Source: Chara braunii
Taxonomy: Eukaryota > Plantae > Charophyceae
DNA: 64,000 nucleotides
Assembly: GCA_003427395.1 (NCBI GenBank)
Contig: BFEA01000005.1
Span: 231,149-295,148, forward strand
Direction of reading: 5' to 3'
Shown here one piece after another: positions 47,395 through 59,961 of this stretch. The first letter of the stretch is position 1. The number at the start of each line of letters is the position of its first letter. A model generated the notes under the pieces. The model saw only the letters and a list, made by a program, of their open reading frames with translations. It made no database searches and was not told the origin of the DNA. A program made the position numbers and the translations under genes.

Positions 47395-50300
47395 AGTTGT
47401 GTTTGGAAAAATTGATGGAGGCCTCGAACCCGAGTTTGTCGGCTGATCGGATTGGTTTCTTTCTCATCAACATTTTTGGAGTTGGATGAATTTATAGCTT
47501 TCTGAATTTGCGAAGCAACGGGGACGTCGCTTAATATGATCCGGTAAGCTGTCGGTGCGAATACCCTTACATGGGTATCCGCCCTAGTTTTCGCAAGCAA
47601 CAAAAAGTAAGTTTAAATTAAAAATTAAGTACACCGTGTGAGGCGTGCCTGAGGCTATGGTTTACGTTGACTAGGTGGCAGACTAGAGCAGAGGGTGTGT
47701 GGGCGCGCAGGCTTGAGGCGTGCGTGGTTTTATTTGTTGATGATTGAAGAACCGGCATGATCGCCAACCAAATTTTTTATTTTTTTTTTATTAAACTTGG
47801 ATTAAAGAGATTTTTGTCTTTTGATTGATGTGTTTACCGATGACTCGTGCGTACGTGCGGAGGACGACATCGACAACAATGTGACGTTGAAGGCATTTTG
47901 GTAAATCTACACGTCGTGCAATATCTATTTTCGTAGGGATCAGTCGATGCTAGACTCAGCCTTGGGCCCAGTAGTGTCGGTTACAGCATCGAACTTTCAT
48001 CAGAGAGATTTAAGGATCGAGATCGAGCGACGACAGAGCGGGAATATCAGAGTAGAGAGAAGGGATCGAGGGGTTGAGGGCCCGGCGGGTCTATCCCCCT
48101 TGATATTGTCGTCGACAACGTCGGGACGGTATTAGCGGTTCCTTTTTCTTATCTGCCGCCTGACGCTTAATTTTTCCTGAATAATTTATCTTTCGGTTTT
48201 TGAGATAGGCGCGGAATCAGTTTTAGGGGCCATCGCGGCAGTCGACGACCTTGCCCACACCTCTCTTTTTGGTTGACTTACTAATTCCTATATATTCTGG
48301 GTGCCATAAAATCCCTTTGTCTTATTTGACTTGAAACGAGGACCGACGAGTTCAATGTGCATGCGAGCTGGTGGGCGATTAACCCACAAGGTGGGAGAAA
48401 CCCGGCCGGTGCGGGCTCTATCAGGGAGTACCGCCCACCAGCCCCGGATTGCTGCAGGAGGTTTAGGGTGTGAACATGCCCGCTGAGAGGTCACCATGGG
48501 TGAGTCCGCAGCGGTATTGGCTGCGCGGGAGGTGTACGTGGGACCCTCCACCACGACGGTCCACAAGGTTCTCATTGAATATCTATTGCTGCCACCAAGA
48601 TCCGTGTCGGGGGCCCGCCCCCGACACTGTGACCTCTGTCTGTGTCTAGGCCATGCGGCTTGAGGAGGAAGTGGGCTCTGCCTAAGAGGGATGAGCCAGG
48701 AGAAACCCGACAGAGGGCTGACAGCGAGGGGCGGCATGCGAATCGCTCGTCGGGCCTGGGCTATAGAGGCGGGGGACGAACCGTATAGTAGCCGGTCACA
48801 GTACAGAACCTCTTGCATAGCGTTTAGGGCGGACTGCGCTAGGCACTGGGGGACTATTGTGGGCGGAAAGCTGCGTTAGTAACTCAGGCAGAGCGGGACA
48901 GAATGAGGGCCGGACGCAACAACGAAGGCAAAGAAAGGGAGGAATGCACCCAGATGCGAATTCACGCCGGGTGCATTCAACACAAGGAGAAACAGAGATG
49001 GCCAGATGGTGAGTCGGGGCGCCGCAGGAGAGAGTGGACTCGCACGGTACTTCATAGTTTTAAGCGAGAAGAGTATAGTTTTGGAGGTTTTGAGGGAGGG
49101 CGATTTCAGGTACAAAGTTAGTTTTTAGTTAGATTAGTAGATATGGAGGTAGGAAGAAAAATGGTCGCCCGGAGCTATGGCGGAGGGAGAAGACTATGAG
49201 AGCGATAAGTTTGAATCTAGCTCAATCCTCGATGGATTCGAGCGGGATAAGAAGCGAAGTGGGGGCTTTAAGGTCGGGCGAGCTTAGTGGTAATGTTAGT
49301 TTTGATGCTAGGTTAGTAGAATTAGAGTTAGTAAAGTAAAGTTTTGTGCGAAGAGATGGCGGAAGCAAAGAAGATAGAAAAGGTTGAAGAGTGTGTAGCC
49401 CGCTTGTTTCTGAACGAAAGCGGGCGGGGAAAGATCCAGATCGAGTTTTTTTTACCAGGGCGACCTCGATTCCGCCGTTAGTTTGAGTAGGAAGTTAGTA
49501 GAATCGAAGTTAATAAAGAAAAACGGTGCACGGAGGAGACGAAGAGGGGGAACGGAAAAAGAGAGAGAGAAGGTAGTTCGTTTGTCCCTTTATGAAATCA
49601 AGTGAATGTAGGCTCTAGGTAGGAGTTTTTTGCCATCACGAGCTCGATGGCGGGGTTAGTTTTTACGATGGTGTAGCAGTTAGTTCGACATGAGCACTGG
49701 GAGCTACACGGCCTACTATGGCGGAATATCGAAAGAGAGTGATGAGAAAGAAAGTGTCGGTCTGTGGAAGAATCGGAACGGGAGATAAGGAGGAAGTGAT
49801 GGAGAAGGAGGTTAGAAAGGGAGGGGAGAGATGCTAGCTAGAGGTTTTCGGGGTAGGTGACCCCAGATCTGTGGTTAGATTAGGCGGAGAATTAATAGAA
49901 GGGAAGTTACTATAAAAAAGGGGGGCACTGGAGTGTCGGGAGAGCGAGATAAGATGGAGGCGATTACTCATATCTCGCTCGTTTTCTGAGTAGAAGCGGG
50001 CGAACAAAGACCCTAGTTTGGGATTTGCAGGCGTGGCGAATCTGATGGTAGCATCAAATTTTGTGTTTAAGTAGTGGGCAAGCCTACATTAGTACTGGGG
50101 GCTGCGTGCTCGTTAACCCCGCTCGGTTGGTCGGGCCGCCTGTGGCTCCACTGCTGTTCATCGATTGACGAGATCGAAGAACCGTCGTTACTTTACTCAT
50201 CCTCGTACCTGCTTCCGGGATTGACATCGGGACCCTGCTGCTCGTTAAACTGGTGTACCTAGTTTCGATCCAGCGGAAGGGGGGCATCCGACTTTGTTTA

Positions 50301-51859
50301 AGTTTATCCCAGGAAGTAGCTTGAGGATAGACGCGGGATTAGAGGCCTACCTATTGGCCGATGCATTGTCCGTCTTGACGATGGGGGTGACCTCCTGCTA
50401 GCTCCCTGTGTGCATGGCTGAAAAGCAGCAAGTATTTCTATGATCTAGCGGATGATTCATTATGATCATGCTATTCTGGCAACGGAGGTGGTGTGGGGCC
50501 AGGCGCAGGGGAGAGAGTGAACCGGCGTACTGTTTGCAGCCTACTGAGTACGCAGATACGGCGGGCTAAGTTGGATCGTGTGGTATACTCACTACATGCC
50601 ATTGGGACTAGTCTCGGAGGGGGAGGAAAGGAGTATATGCCCACCTGCTGTTGCAGCATTCGGCTGCGGCTGTTATCCGAATTGGTCCTTCCTGTCCGTA
50701 GGCATTGCAGTGCTGCTCATAGCTACCAAGGTTTGTTGAGTTCAAATTTGTGTGGGGTCTTTGTGTATACGGTGAAGTGGTGTCAGTGGTGCATGATTGT
50801 TTATAATCGGTGGAGTGGCGTGACCAGTTTAAACTTTGCTAACAGGATAGAGTCCAACTTGTTGTACGACTACTGCAGTTGTTGAGGATCTGGTATGGCT
50901 GCTGCCATAGGGTCTCCTCCATGAGTGTTGTGGTTCATCTCAGATTAAAGCGTGAACAAACTATAGACTAGGATAACCTGCGTTATGCAACAGTGAAACC
51001 GCTTGACATTGATTGTTGTTACTGCAGTACTTTTGTCAGTACTACGGCATCGCGGCATGCCAGTTGTGGGGGAGGAAGGAAGCAGGTCAGACTGTTGACC
51101 AGTGCGCTACTTATCCTACTGATCAAAGTAGTAGGAACCTAACCGAAAGCTGAGAAGTAGTAGAGGCTCAATAAGGGCTGCACAACCGGTATCTGTATAC
51201 AGTCTGTCTGTTGCATGGCCAGCAAGACCGCATTGCCATTCTATCGTTGCGAGAGAAAAGGGGCTACTATTGCGAGCTGAAGGATCATCAGGGGACCGAC
51301 AGTGGGAGGGTTAACTTCGGTTTGACCAGACTACTGCATATTCCGACTACCATTGCGGGGCCCTCAGGTGATAGAAGGTAACGAGGCTGTCTCATGGGAG
51401 TTGCGTCAGTCCCTCTCTCGTATCTCGAGCGTCTGAAACCCCTCCTGCTATCCTTCTAACTCTAAGTCTAATCTTGTTTTGAGAGGAAGGCGGCAGGCGG
51501 GATTGCAACCCGTAGGACCGCAGCAAGGCTCTGTGGGAAGTCAACCCACCGATTGCGGGATTTCTGTCGGAATTGTGGAAGAGTTCTGGAGGTAGGGAAT
51601 TGGAAGGTAAGCATTGCTTTCCCTTTATAAACCCTGTTATAACCCCTATTTGTATTCCTTGCTATGTTTTGACTGAGTATATTGAGTGCGCCTTTACTTT
51701 GACTTTTCAGTTTGACTTTTAGAACACAAACCAGACTAAGTAAAGGAATGTATGTACAATGTCAGTTTCAGTTTTATTTTTTGATTGAAAGCATATTGTG
51801 GGATTGCATCTGGGGGAGAGGTGGGAGGAAGTCAGTATTGCATGTTTGACTGAGTGAAC

Positions 51860-52580
51860 CAGAGGCTGGGAGAGTCTCCATAAGATTGGAGGGCCCAGTG
51901 CTATGTTTATTTTCGATTGCCTGGAGGACCAGAAAGGTTCCCATAAGATTGGGTGGTCTGGTTGCTTTAACTTGTGAGGGCTGCATGCGTTTGACTTTTT
52001 CAGGGACCAATTCCATAAGATTGGATGGCTTGGTTGCCTTGCTTTCATTGAGTTTTCTTATATTTTGTTAGTTCATGAAAGAGAGTTAGGCATGTTCCAT
52101 ACGATTGGATGACTTTGACTCTCTCTTGTTTTATTCTGAAAGGGAATTCATGCAAAGGACTAGACAGGTTCCCATAAGATTGGGTGGTCTGGTTTGGAGC
52201 CACGCACATGCTGGAACAAAAAAACTAATTTTGTTTATATCTTGTACTACATATTTATGAACTTGCTAGTCAGACATTTTTTCATAAGATTGGATGGTCT
52301 GACTATAGCTTATCACCAATTAAAGAGAGTATGGATTAAGAATAAAATTGTGGTAAAAAAGGACATGTTGAATCTTGATCTAAGATGACCTATTCATTCC
52401 TATGTTGCTTTAAAAGACAAAGTGCAGACAAATATATATAACTTGGATACGTAAATGGTTCAGGGCGACTAGGGTGGCCTAGTCACATGCCCAAAAAAGA
52501 AAAAAGTTGTCGTGTTAAGTGTTTGTGTACATTCTATGGTTGAGCTAGACATGTTTCCATAAGAGTGGGTGGTCTAGCTT
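51860..52580 (+). repeat. TAAGAT hairpin array, 3' LTR copy
   Basis: Orthologous to 37140-37865. Confidence 0.88.
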
Positions 52581-53205
52581 TATGCCCTATGTAAGCTGGG
52601 TATAAAGGGATAAATCATTGAAAGATTATGAACTATTGTTTGTTAAGAGGACTTTTGGGATGGTAAGAGTACTTACCTTTATGGTTTGGCTTGCATGTGA
52701 CTGAGTGAAGCTACTACTTAGTTTGAGTTTTTGGTTGATAGGTAGTTGCTTTAGTTGCTCGCCACGTGCTAGAGTCATATGAGTTAGTATAATTGCTGCA
52801 TTTTCTGAGATAAGTTTATTTTACTTAGGTCGATTTCTGCATTTTCTGGGATCTTTTTGTTATACTTGGTCTTGTATAAATCTTGATAAGCCACTTTCTC
52901 TACGGGAAGTGCCGCCGAAATTTCTAAAAAACCAATGAGTTAGTTAGATTTTGTCTGTTTCAGGGTCCAATTTTTTCTGACTTTTTGACTTAGTAAAAAT
53001 CTTGTAAGCCTCCGTTTTTAAAGGGAGTGCTACCCAAATTTTTATTAATTCAGGGAGTTAGACAAAATTAAACCTTGAAAAGTCAAAGTTATTTTTTGAT
53101 TGTGAACTTAGTTTTGTATAAATATTGAAATAACACTTTCTCTACGAGAAGCGGCGCCGAAATTTTTACAAATCTAAGGAGTTAGTTAAATTTTGTCTTA
53201 GTTGA

Positions 53206-53466
53206 ACTCATGTCTTGTTTCTGAGTTCATATCTGACTTAGTATAAATGTGGGAAGTCTACCTTTCTAAAGGAAGTGCTGCCCTAATTTTTACTCATGTC
53301 TTGTTTCTGAGTTCATATCTGACTTAGTATAAATGTGGGAAGTCTACCTTTCTAAAGGAAGTGCTGCCCTAATTTTTACTCATGTCTTGTTTCTGAGTTC
53401 ATATCTGACTTAGTATAAATGTGGGAAGTCTACCTTTCTAAAGGAAGTGCTGCCCTAATTTTTACT
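53206..53466 (+). repeat. 3 x 86-bp identical tandem repeat (single copy in the 5' LTR)
   Basis: ACTCATGTCTTGTTTCTGAG unit starts at 53206, 53292 and 53378. Confidence 0.97.
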
Positions 53467-54995
53467 AATTCAGGGAGTTAGACAAATTGTGACTTTCCAG
53501 AATTAGAGTTTGGATTTTGTTTTCGTATTTGATTTATTATAAATTTTGAGAAGACATTTTTCCTACGGGAAACGCTGCCGAAATTTTTCTTAGTTTAGAG
53601 GAGGTAGATTATATTTTGACATGTGACAATTTTGACAATTCACTTTATATAGAGGAGATTCTGTCAAAGATCTACCCTTTCTTTAGGCACTGACTTAGGG
53701 GTAGACTCAGTAAGATGATTTTTTGTGGAATCATGATACGGAGATTACTCTCGATTTGGACTCATAAATTTAGCTTGGGAATTGGTCTGTCTTGTGTTAC
53801 AGGTCCTCTTGATTGATTGATTCATAATTTGAGCTAGAATCAGTTTGATCCTATAAGGATCTTGTTCTGTTATCACTGATAACAGGTCGGTTGCCAATTC
53901 GTCAGTTTACGATTCAACTCCAATCCACTCTTGTCACTCTACCTAAAGGTTTTAGCCCTGTGGTTTGAAATGTTTCATTGTGTTTTTACCTGAAATTTAT
54001 TGAATGGTCATTTAACAAAGGTACTGAATATTTTATTGTTGGAAAGGTGTGCTAAGATTGAGGTTTGTGTGGCTAAAGCAAGGGGTGTGAGCGCAAAGAA
54101 TGGTTGAAGTTAACCCCGTGTAGTGCATGGACTTTGGTTGAATCTTTAATGTGATTGCAGGCATGGTTGGTGTTTCGGACTTTGGATTTGACTGTCTGCG
54201 ATCATACAGATATATATGGCTGAGAGGAGTCCCACTGTGATTGTGAGAAGTGATCGTCACATATTTATAACCCTTTATATACATGTAAATACATCTGAAT
54301 TAAGTGTTTCGCGCGGCCTACTATGACCGCGCGCAAGGGTTAAACAAATTATGTTTTTAACAGAAAAGGGAGATCCCTTGTTATCCTTTGCTTTTTAAAA
54401 GTTTTTAAAGGGTCCCGCCCCGGGTGCCGGACCGATGCGCTCGACAACGTTTTAGTCGACCGACAGCGAGTCCTGCTTGGGACCTCAGCCCCCCAATGCG
54501 TCGATTCGCGTGCGGGTCCGATTGAGGGGCGTTTGACTTCGTGTACCCCCTATGTTTTTTTTTTTTGCTTGTTTTTTTTTCTGATGTTTACATTTTATGA
54601 CTCTGCATAGTTTGTTCGCAAATATTTCGACAACATTGCTTGTAGCGATGCGGCGAAAAACCTCGAATTTTTGACCTTTCGTTAACCACTTCTGTACAGC
54701 GAACGAGAAAACGCCCTCGGTCGGGCTACCTCTGCGATTGCATATAAAAAGCCTTTGCACGTGGTTCGGTAGCTCGGCGGGGATACACCCACCCAAGGGA
54801 TGGTGACAAGTTGATAACTCCCGCGGGTGGAGGTAAGTTGTACCTCACGTAACCCTATCCTGTCATAGCGGTTGGCGAGAGGTATGGCTGACGCACTCGG
54901 CCGGAGTGACAAAACGCTCTACTACGAAGTCCTGCAAAATCATGCGTGACGCGGCCGAGAGGGTCCCCCTGCGGGACCAATGCGCTCGACATCAG

Positions 54996-57760
54996 TGCAA
55001 CCTATAAAGTATAAAGTCGGTAGAGGAGTGTACAAACGTGTTATACACAAGGTGCGCACGACCCAAATGGAGATCTCAGTCCTGCTGATCTGGACTGATC
55101 ACAGGACGCAACAACTGAAACAAAATCTGGTTCATCACTTCAAATTGACCATTGGCCTCAGGATGACGACCAATTGTCATGTCCAGTCGAGAATGAAGGT
55201 AATCCTTAAAGTTGGATTGTCGTTCATAGCTGCAAAATCTCGGATCTCGATCGGTGATAATGGAGGTGGGCGGTCCATGATGTGTAACCTACCTGTCAGC
55301 AAATGTCGCCTGGACGGCTGAAACTCGAGCCTCAACTGGCAAGGGGATGAACTCTGCATATTTGGAGAACCGATCCATGCATACCATGACCTGACGCATG
55401 CCACGAAGTGTGGTCCTACCCAGGTCAGTAAAATCAATAGACACTGACTGTACATGTGCTTCATGGATGGGTAGTGGTTTGAGTAGGCCAAGGGGAGGTC
55501 GTCGTACTACCTTATTCCTTTGGCATAACTCACACGTTTCCACATAATGCAGCATGTCACTCCTCGTCTCCTTCCAGAAGAAGCGTTGCGATAGGGCTGC
55601 ATATGATTTGAGGGCACGAAAGTGACCACGAGCATCAGGACACTCTGACATTAGAAGTGTTCTCAGCTTTCGGTCCTAGGGAATGCATAGACGTTCCTCA
55701 ACCCTGTTGCAAGTGTACAGCAGATCTGAAACCAGAGTGTATCCTGATCAGAGGTAGGATCATCGTGAAGATTCCTCACTATAGACCCAAAAATGGTATT
55801 CTGGGGGAGAAGACAAGAAATGCTCTGATGAGTCTTCTCTCCAAATGAGTGAGTAAAGGAGATCAGAAAGAGAGCGTCAGGCGTACGAGAAAGGGCATCT
55901 GCTATACGATTGTAGCAGCCCTTGTTGTGCTTCAGTTCAAAATCAAACATGTCAATGAACTGAATATAGCGAGTAAGTTTGTCATTCAATTCTCTCTGGG
56001 ACTTCATCCCCTGGAGGGTGGAGTGATCTGAAAAGATCTTGAAGTGTCTGCCAAGAGGAAGTGTTTCCAATGCTTGAGCGCTGACACAAGAGCATAGAGT
56101 TTTTTCTCATAGGTAAAGTCCTGCAACTTCTTTATTTTGATCTTCTTGCTCATGTATTTGACAGGCTGTAGACCATTCCCATCATTCTGCTGAAGTACCG
56201 CCCCTGCACCATACTGACTAGCATCAGTAGTAAGCACAAAAGACAAAGTAGAGACACGAATAAAGGCCTCCTTGAAACATGTAAAAACCTCCTCACACTC
56301 TAATGTCCAAAGAAGGAAGTGTTTTTTCTTTGTGAGGTCAGTTAGGGGTGCTGCAATGGAGGAGATATTCTTAATGAACTTCCTGTAGTAAGATGCAAGA
56401 TCTAAGAAAGACTGGACATCACGAATGTTAACAGGCTTCGGCCAGTCCTATACAGCAACAACTTTCGTTGCCTCATGAGTCAACCCCTTTCCAGAAATGA
56501 CATGACCCAGATAAACCACAGAGGGAACTCCAAAAGAAGACTTCTCCTTGTTGATCTTATACTGGTTATTATGTAAGGCATGGAGGACCAGAGCCAGATG
56601 TTGCGCATGCTCCTGAACAGAACGACTGAATACTAGGATATCATCCAAGTAGACAACTACGAACTTGTCCAGGTAAGACCTGAGTATGCGATGCATCTCT
56701 GTTTGGAATGTGTTTGGGGCATTGCAAAGACCGAATGGCATGACCAAGTACCATACCTGGTCTTGAAGGCTGTCTTCTGGACATCGCTTTCAACCATCTC
56801 AATCTGGTGATAACCAGATTTGAGGTCGATCTTGCTAAAAATATTACAGCCCTGCACCATATCCAACAGGTCATCAATACGAGGAAGAGGCTCTGTAGAC
56901 TTCCTCGTGATCTTATTGAGACCTCTATAGTCCACGCACATTCTGAATTCACCATTCCCTTTGGAACAAAGAGGACTGGTGCCCCAAACTCCGATGTGTT
57001 GGGCCTGATCCAACCCTTGCTAGTCAGGGTCTCTAACTGTCTCCTGAGCTCGTTAAGTTCAGTAGGGGACATCCTATAGACTCGACCCTTGGGATGGACC
57101 GAACCAGGCAGGAGCTCAATCTTATGTTTGGTCTGCCTATGAACAAGTTTAGTAGGCTCCTCCATAAGATATGAGAACCAGTAAACAACGTGCTGAATCT
57201 GAGAGGGACAGAGAACAATTTTCACATCAAGCTGTTTGACATAGGCCACGAATAGACGGGTGTGGTCAGACTGGCGAGAAAACCGCATAAAGCTGCGAGT
57301 GGCATGCAAAAAAAACTACTGGCTGGATGATACTCATCAGCAAGCAAACAAGGGCGATAGATACCATGCCGGTCAGGTAACTCAACCCTAGGAATCCGCT
57401 AGTCGATCCTAGGATTGGTGGCACTAAGCCGCTGCATGAAGAACACAAGGTCAAAGGGAACATCAGGGAACACATAGAAATTCAGGTGGTGCCACCGCCT
57501 GAATTTCTCCCTGCATGTCAAAAGTCACAGCTAGACCCTTGACAACAGTTATGATCCCGACTGTGAATGAGTCACCAATACGAACCTCAATAGGCTGTCG
57601 CAATTTTCTCAGTCTCTGATCCAAGTGCAACCTGCTGACTGTATTGGGAGACATAAAAATAAAATTGCGTATAGCCCCACAGTCTAAGAGCCCTTGAACT
57701 TGGCTCCAAGGATAGAGGGTCGAAGCATGATGAGTTCTGACCTATGCTTCTTCCTTTCTT
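54996..57760 (-). pseudogene. pol: Chromovirus pol: protease, reverse transcriptase, RNase H, integrase (frameshifted)
   Basis: LLDCGA; CVDYRGLN, KIDLKSGYHQI, MPFGLCNAP, YLDDIL; TDASQYGAGAVL; GH..CELCQ, VSIDF, DRFSK, DRDPRF. Confidence 0.95.
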
Positions 57761-58009
57761 GCAAAGATATGAAAAGATCAGCAAGGCACTGAGAATCATC
57801 CTCCTCCCACTTTTCATCCAACTCAGAGTCCTTAAAAGTGAATGACCCTGAAGCTGCAACTCTAAAGATAGAACCAGTGAGAGAATGTGAGGATTCATCT
57901 TCATAAGAAGGTGAATCAGCATTGGTGGAAGGAGCTGCTACTTCCACCTCTCTCTGCTCTAGTTTTTAAACTAGAGGCGGCTGTAGACCTGCGAGGCATG
58001 CCGGGACAG

Positions 58010-59961
58010 TCCTTTAGGAAGTGGTCCCCCTCGCATCTCAGGCCGATACCTCGACCTTTCTCTTCTTCCAAACCCCCTCCTAGATCGTGAGTGCATGCCA
58101 ATGGAAGGTGGAAGGATCAAGAGGGTCAGCTGGCCAACGGACGTCACGTGGTAGAGACACTCTCTGGGCATCAGGGAAAGAGACACGTCCCTTACCTTTG
58201 CCCAACCAGCCGCTGGTTGAAGCTTTCTGAGCTGAGGATTTGCCCTTGGCCAGGCCCATCAAAGCATCAGCCAGGGCAAGAACAGAAGGATCTGCAACAG
58301 ATGAAGAAGCAGTTCCATATGGGGGGTTCCCACCCTGGGATGCTACATCATCACCAGAATTGAAAGGACAGGGGTGTCTGCCTGAGATACGAGGGGGACC
58401 ACTTCCTAAAGGACTCCTTTAGGAAGTGGTCCCCCTCGCATCTCAGGCAGACACCCCTATCCTTTCTCTTCCTCCAAACCCCCTCCTTGATCCTGAGTGC
58501 ATGCTAGGGGAAGGTGGAAGGATCAAGGGGGTAAGCTGGCCAGCGGACGTCAGGTGATAGAGACACTCTCTGGGCACCAGGGAAAGAGGCACGTGTCTTA
58601 CCTTTCCCCTTGCTGCTAGATGATGCTTTCTGAGTTGGGGATTTGCCCTTGGTCAGGCCCATCAAAGCATCAACCAGGGCAAGAACAGCAGGATCTGCAG
58701 CGGATGAATAAGCAGTTCCATATGGGGGGTTCCCACCCTGGGATGCTACAACATCATCAGAACTGGAAGCTGCAAAAGCAAACAGGGCACCCTTCCTCCT
58801 TTTACGCCCCTTTGAGGAGGGTCCCTTCCTTCCTTCAGAAGGTGCTTCCTGAACATGGAGTTTGGACTCCAAGTCTAGGGCTGCTATGCCAAAGGACCGC
58901 CAGTCCTTATGGCCTTGAGAGAAGAGTGCAATGTGGTAAGGATCAGGCGCTGCCCTTAGGAAATGAATGAGCAAATCCTGCTTACTCATCTCCTACTCAG
59001 GAGTCAATGTAAGACTCTCAAAGGTGAAGTAGAGTTTGGACAAGGAGCCATCAAATTTCCTTTGGCCCAGGCGCAAAATTTTATCTGCCGCTTTCTCGGC
59101 ATGCTCCTTGTCTGCAAACCTATCCTGCAGAGCCTACAGAAAACCAACCATCCTCAGCCTCTGCGCCCAATCAGCCATCTCCATCCCTTGCTTGCTGGAG
59201 GTGGAGGTGCACCATTTCAGTGCAGTCCTCTCCAGATGAGCTAGGATGACACTCACCTTTACATCCTCATCACATTTGAACCCACTCAGGTAGGTTCGTT
59301 ATGCAATGACCCAATCTGCAACATCCACCTTTGGGTCCTCGCCAGAGAACATAGGTGGAGAGGTCAGCTTGGGCCGCTGAAAATCAAATGGAGTTGAGGG
59401 CTGTGAAGTTGTTGCTGACTTGGGTGTAGACGAAGGAGATGTAATTCTGGATTGTGGGGATGATGGGGGTTTCACTTGAGAAGGTCCAGGAGATGGAGAA
59501 ACTGTCTGAGTAGGTGGAATCTGCAGATGAACAAAGAGACGATCAAGCTTGGAGGAGATGTCTTTCAACTCTTTTGTATATTCTGCCATACTCTCCTCTA
59601 GGATGGTGATCCTGACATCCCAGTTAGTAAAATAAGAGTGGTGAATTTCATCCTGCAAGAGGACAAATTCAGCTATGTCCTTATTGTATTGGCTGAAACT
59701 GCCACTCGTCCTGACCTTCTCCACATCAGTTGTCAGTTCCCGCCTTCTCGTCTTTTTCCTGACAGTTTCCTCTTTCCTTTTTAACTCAGCCTTTAAAGCC
59801 TCAACTGCCAGTGCCTGTTGGTGAAGTTTTTCCTCCTTAGCACGCAGTTCAGTCCCTAAAGGGTCAAGAGGAATGTGAGGCTTTACCTCAGAAGCTTCAC
59901 CCTTCTCATAACCTGACATCCTGCTTTTCCCACAATTCAGATATAAAAAAAATAAAACCAT
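58010..59961 (-). pseudogene. gag: Chromovirus gag (coiled coil, capsid, duplicated zinc-knuckle region)
   Basis: PPMFSGEDPKVDVADWV; RCEGDHFLKDCP knuckle remnant; upstream of pol; stops and frameshifts present. Confidence 0.88.
58362..58466. repeat. Foldback palindrome (52-bp arms, 1-nt spacer) between two ~350-bp direct duplicates
   Basis: GAAAGGACAGGGG...CCTAAAGGA C TCCTTTAGG...CCCCTATCCTTTC, two mismatches. Confidence 0.95.

Larger units (their letters stand above)
32500..54446 (+). mobile_element. Element C: complete 21.9-kb giant-LTR Ty3/gypsy-like element, no recognisable pol (LARD-like)
   Basis: Two long colinear direct repeats, termini T(A/G)TCGG ... TCGACA, 4-bp TSD GCGT/ACGT, tRNA-Asp PBS, gag-like ORF. 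Confidence 0.9.
47550..54446 (+). repeat. 3' LTR of element C (6897 bp; lacks ~0.9 kb equivalent to ~39515-40415)
   Basis: Starts TGTCGGTGCGAATACCCTTAC, ends GCTCGACA; colinear with the 5' LTR. Confidence 0.9.
24302..54991 (+). mobile_element. Element B: giant solo LTR (~8.7 kb; 24302-32499 plus 54451-54991) hosting element C
   Basis: Termini TGTCGG ... TCGACA. 4-bp TSD CCAG/TCAG. No PBS follows. Removing it restores integrase ...HSSTDFILYRLHWGREPQQPL.... Modules colinear with the LTRs of C. Confidence 0.85.

Noticed and set aside
32500-54446. Segmental duplication or assembly duplication of 7-8 kb
   Set aside because: Copies are diverged and bounded by TG..CA-type termini, a PBS and a TSD, which fits an LTR pair
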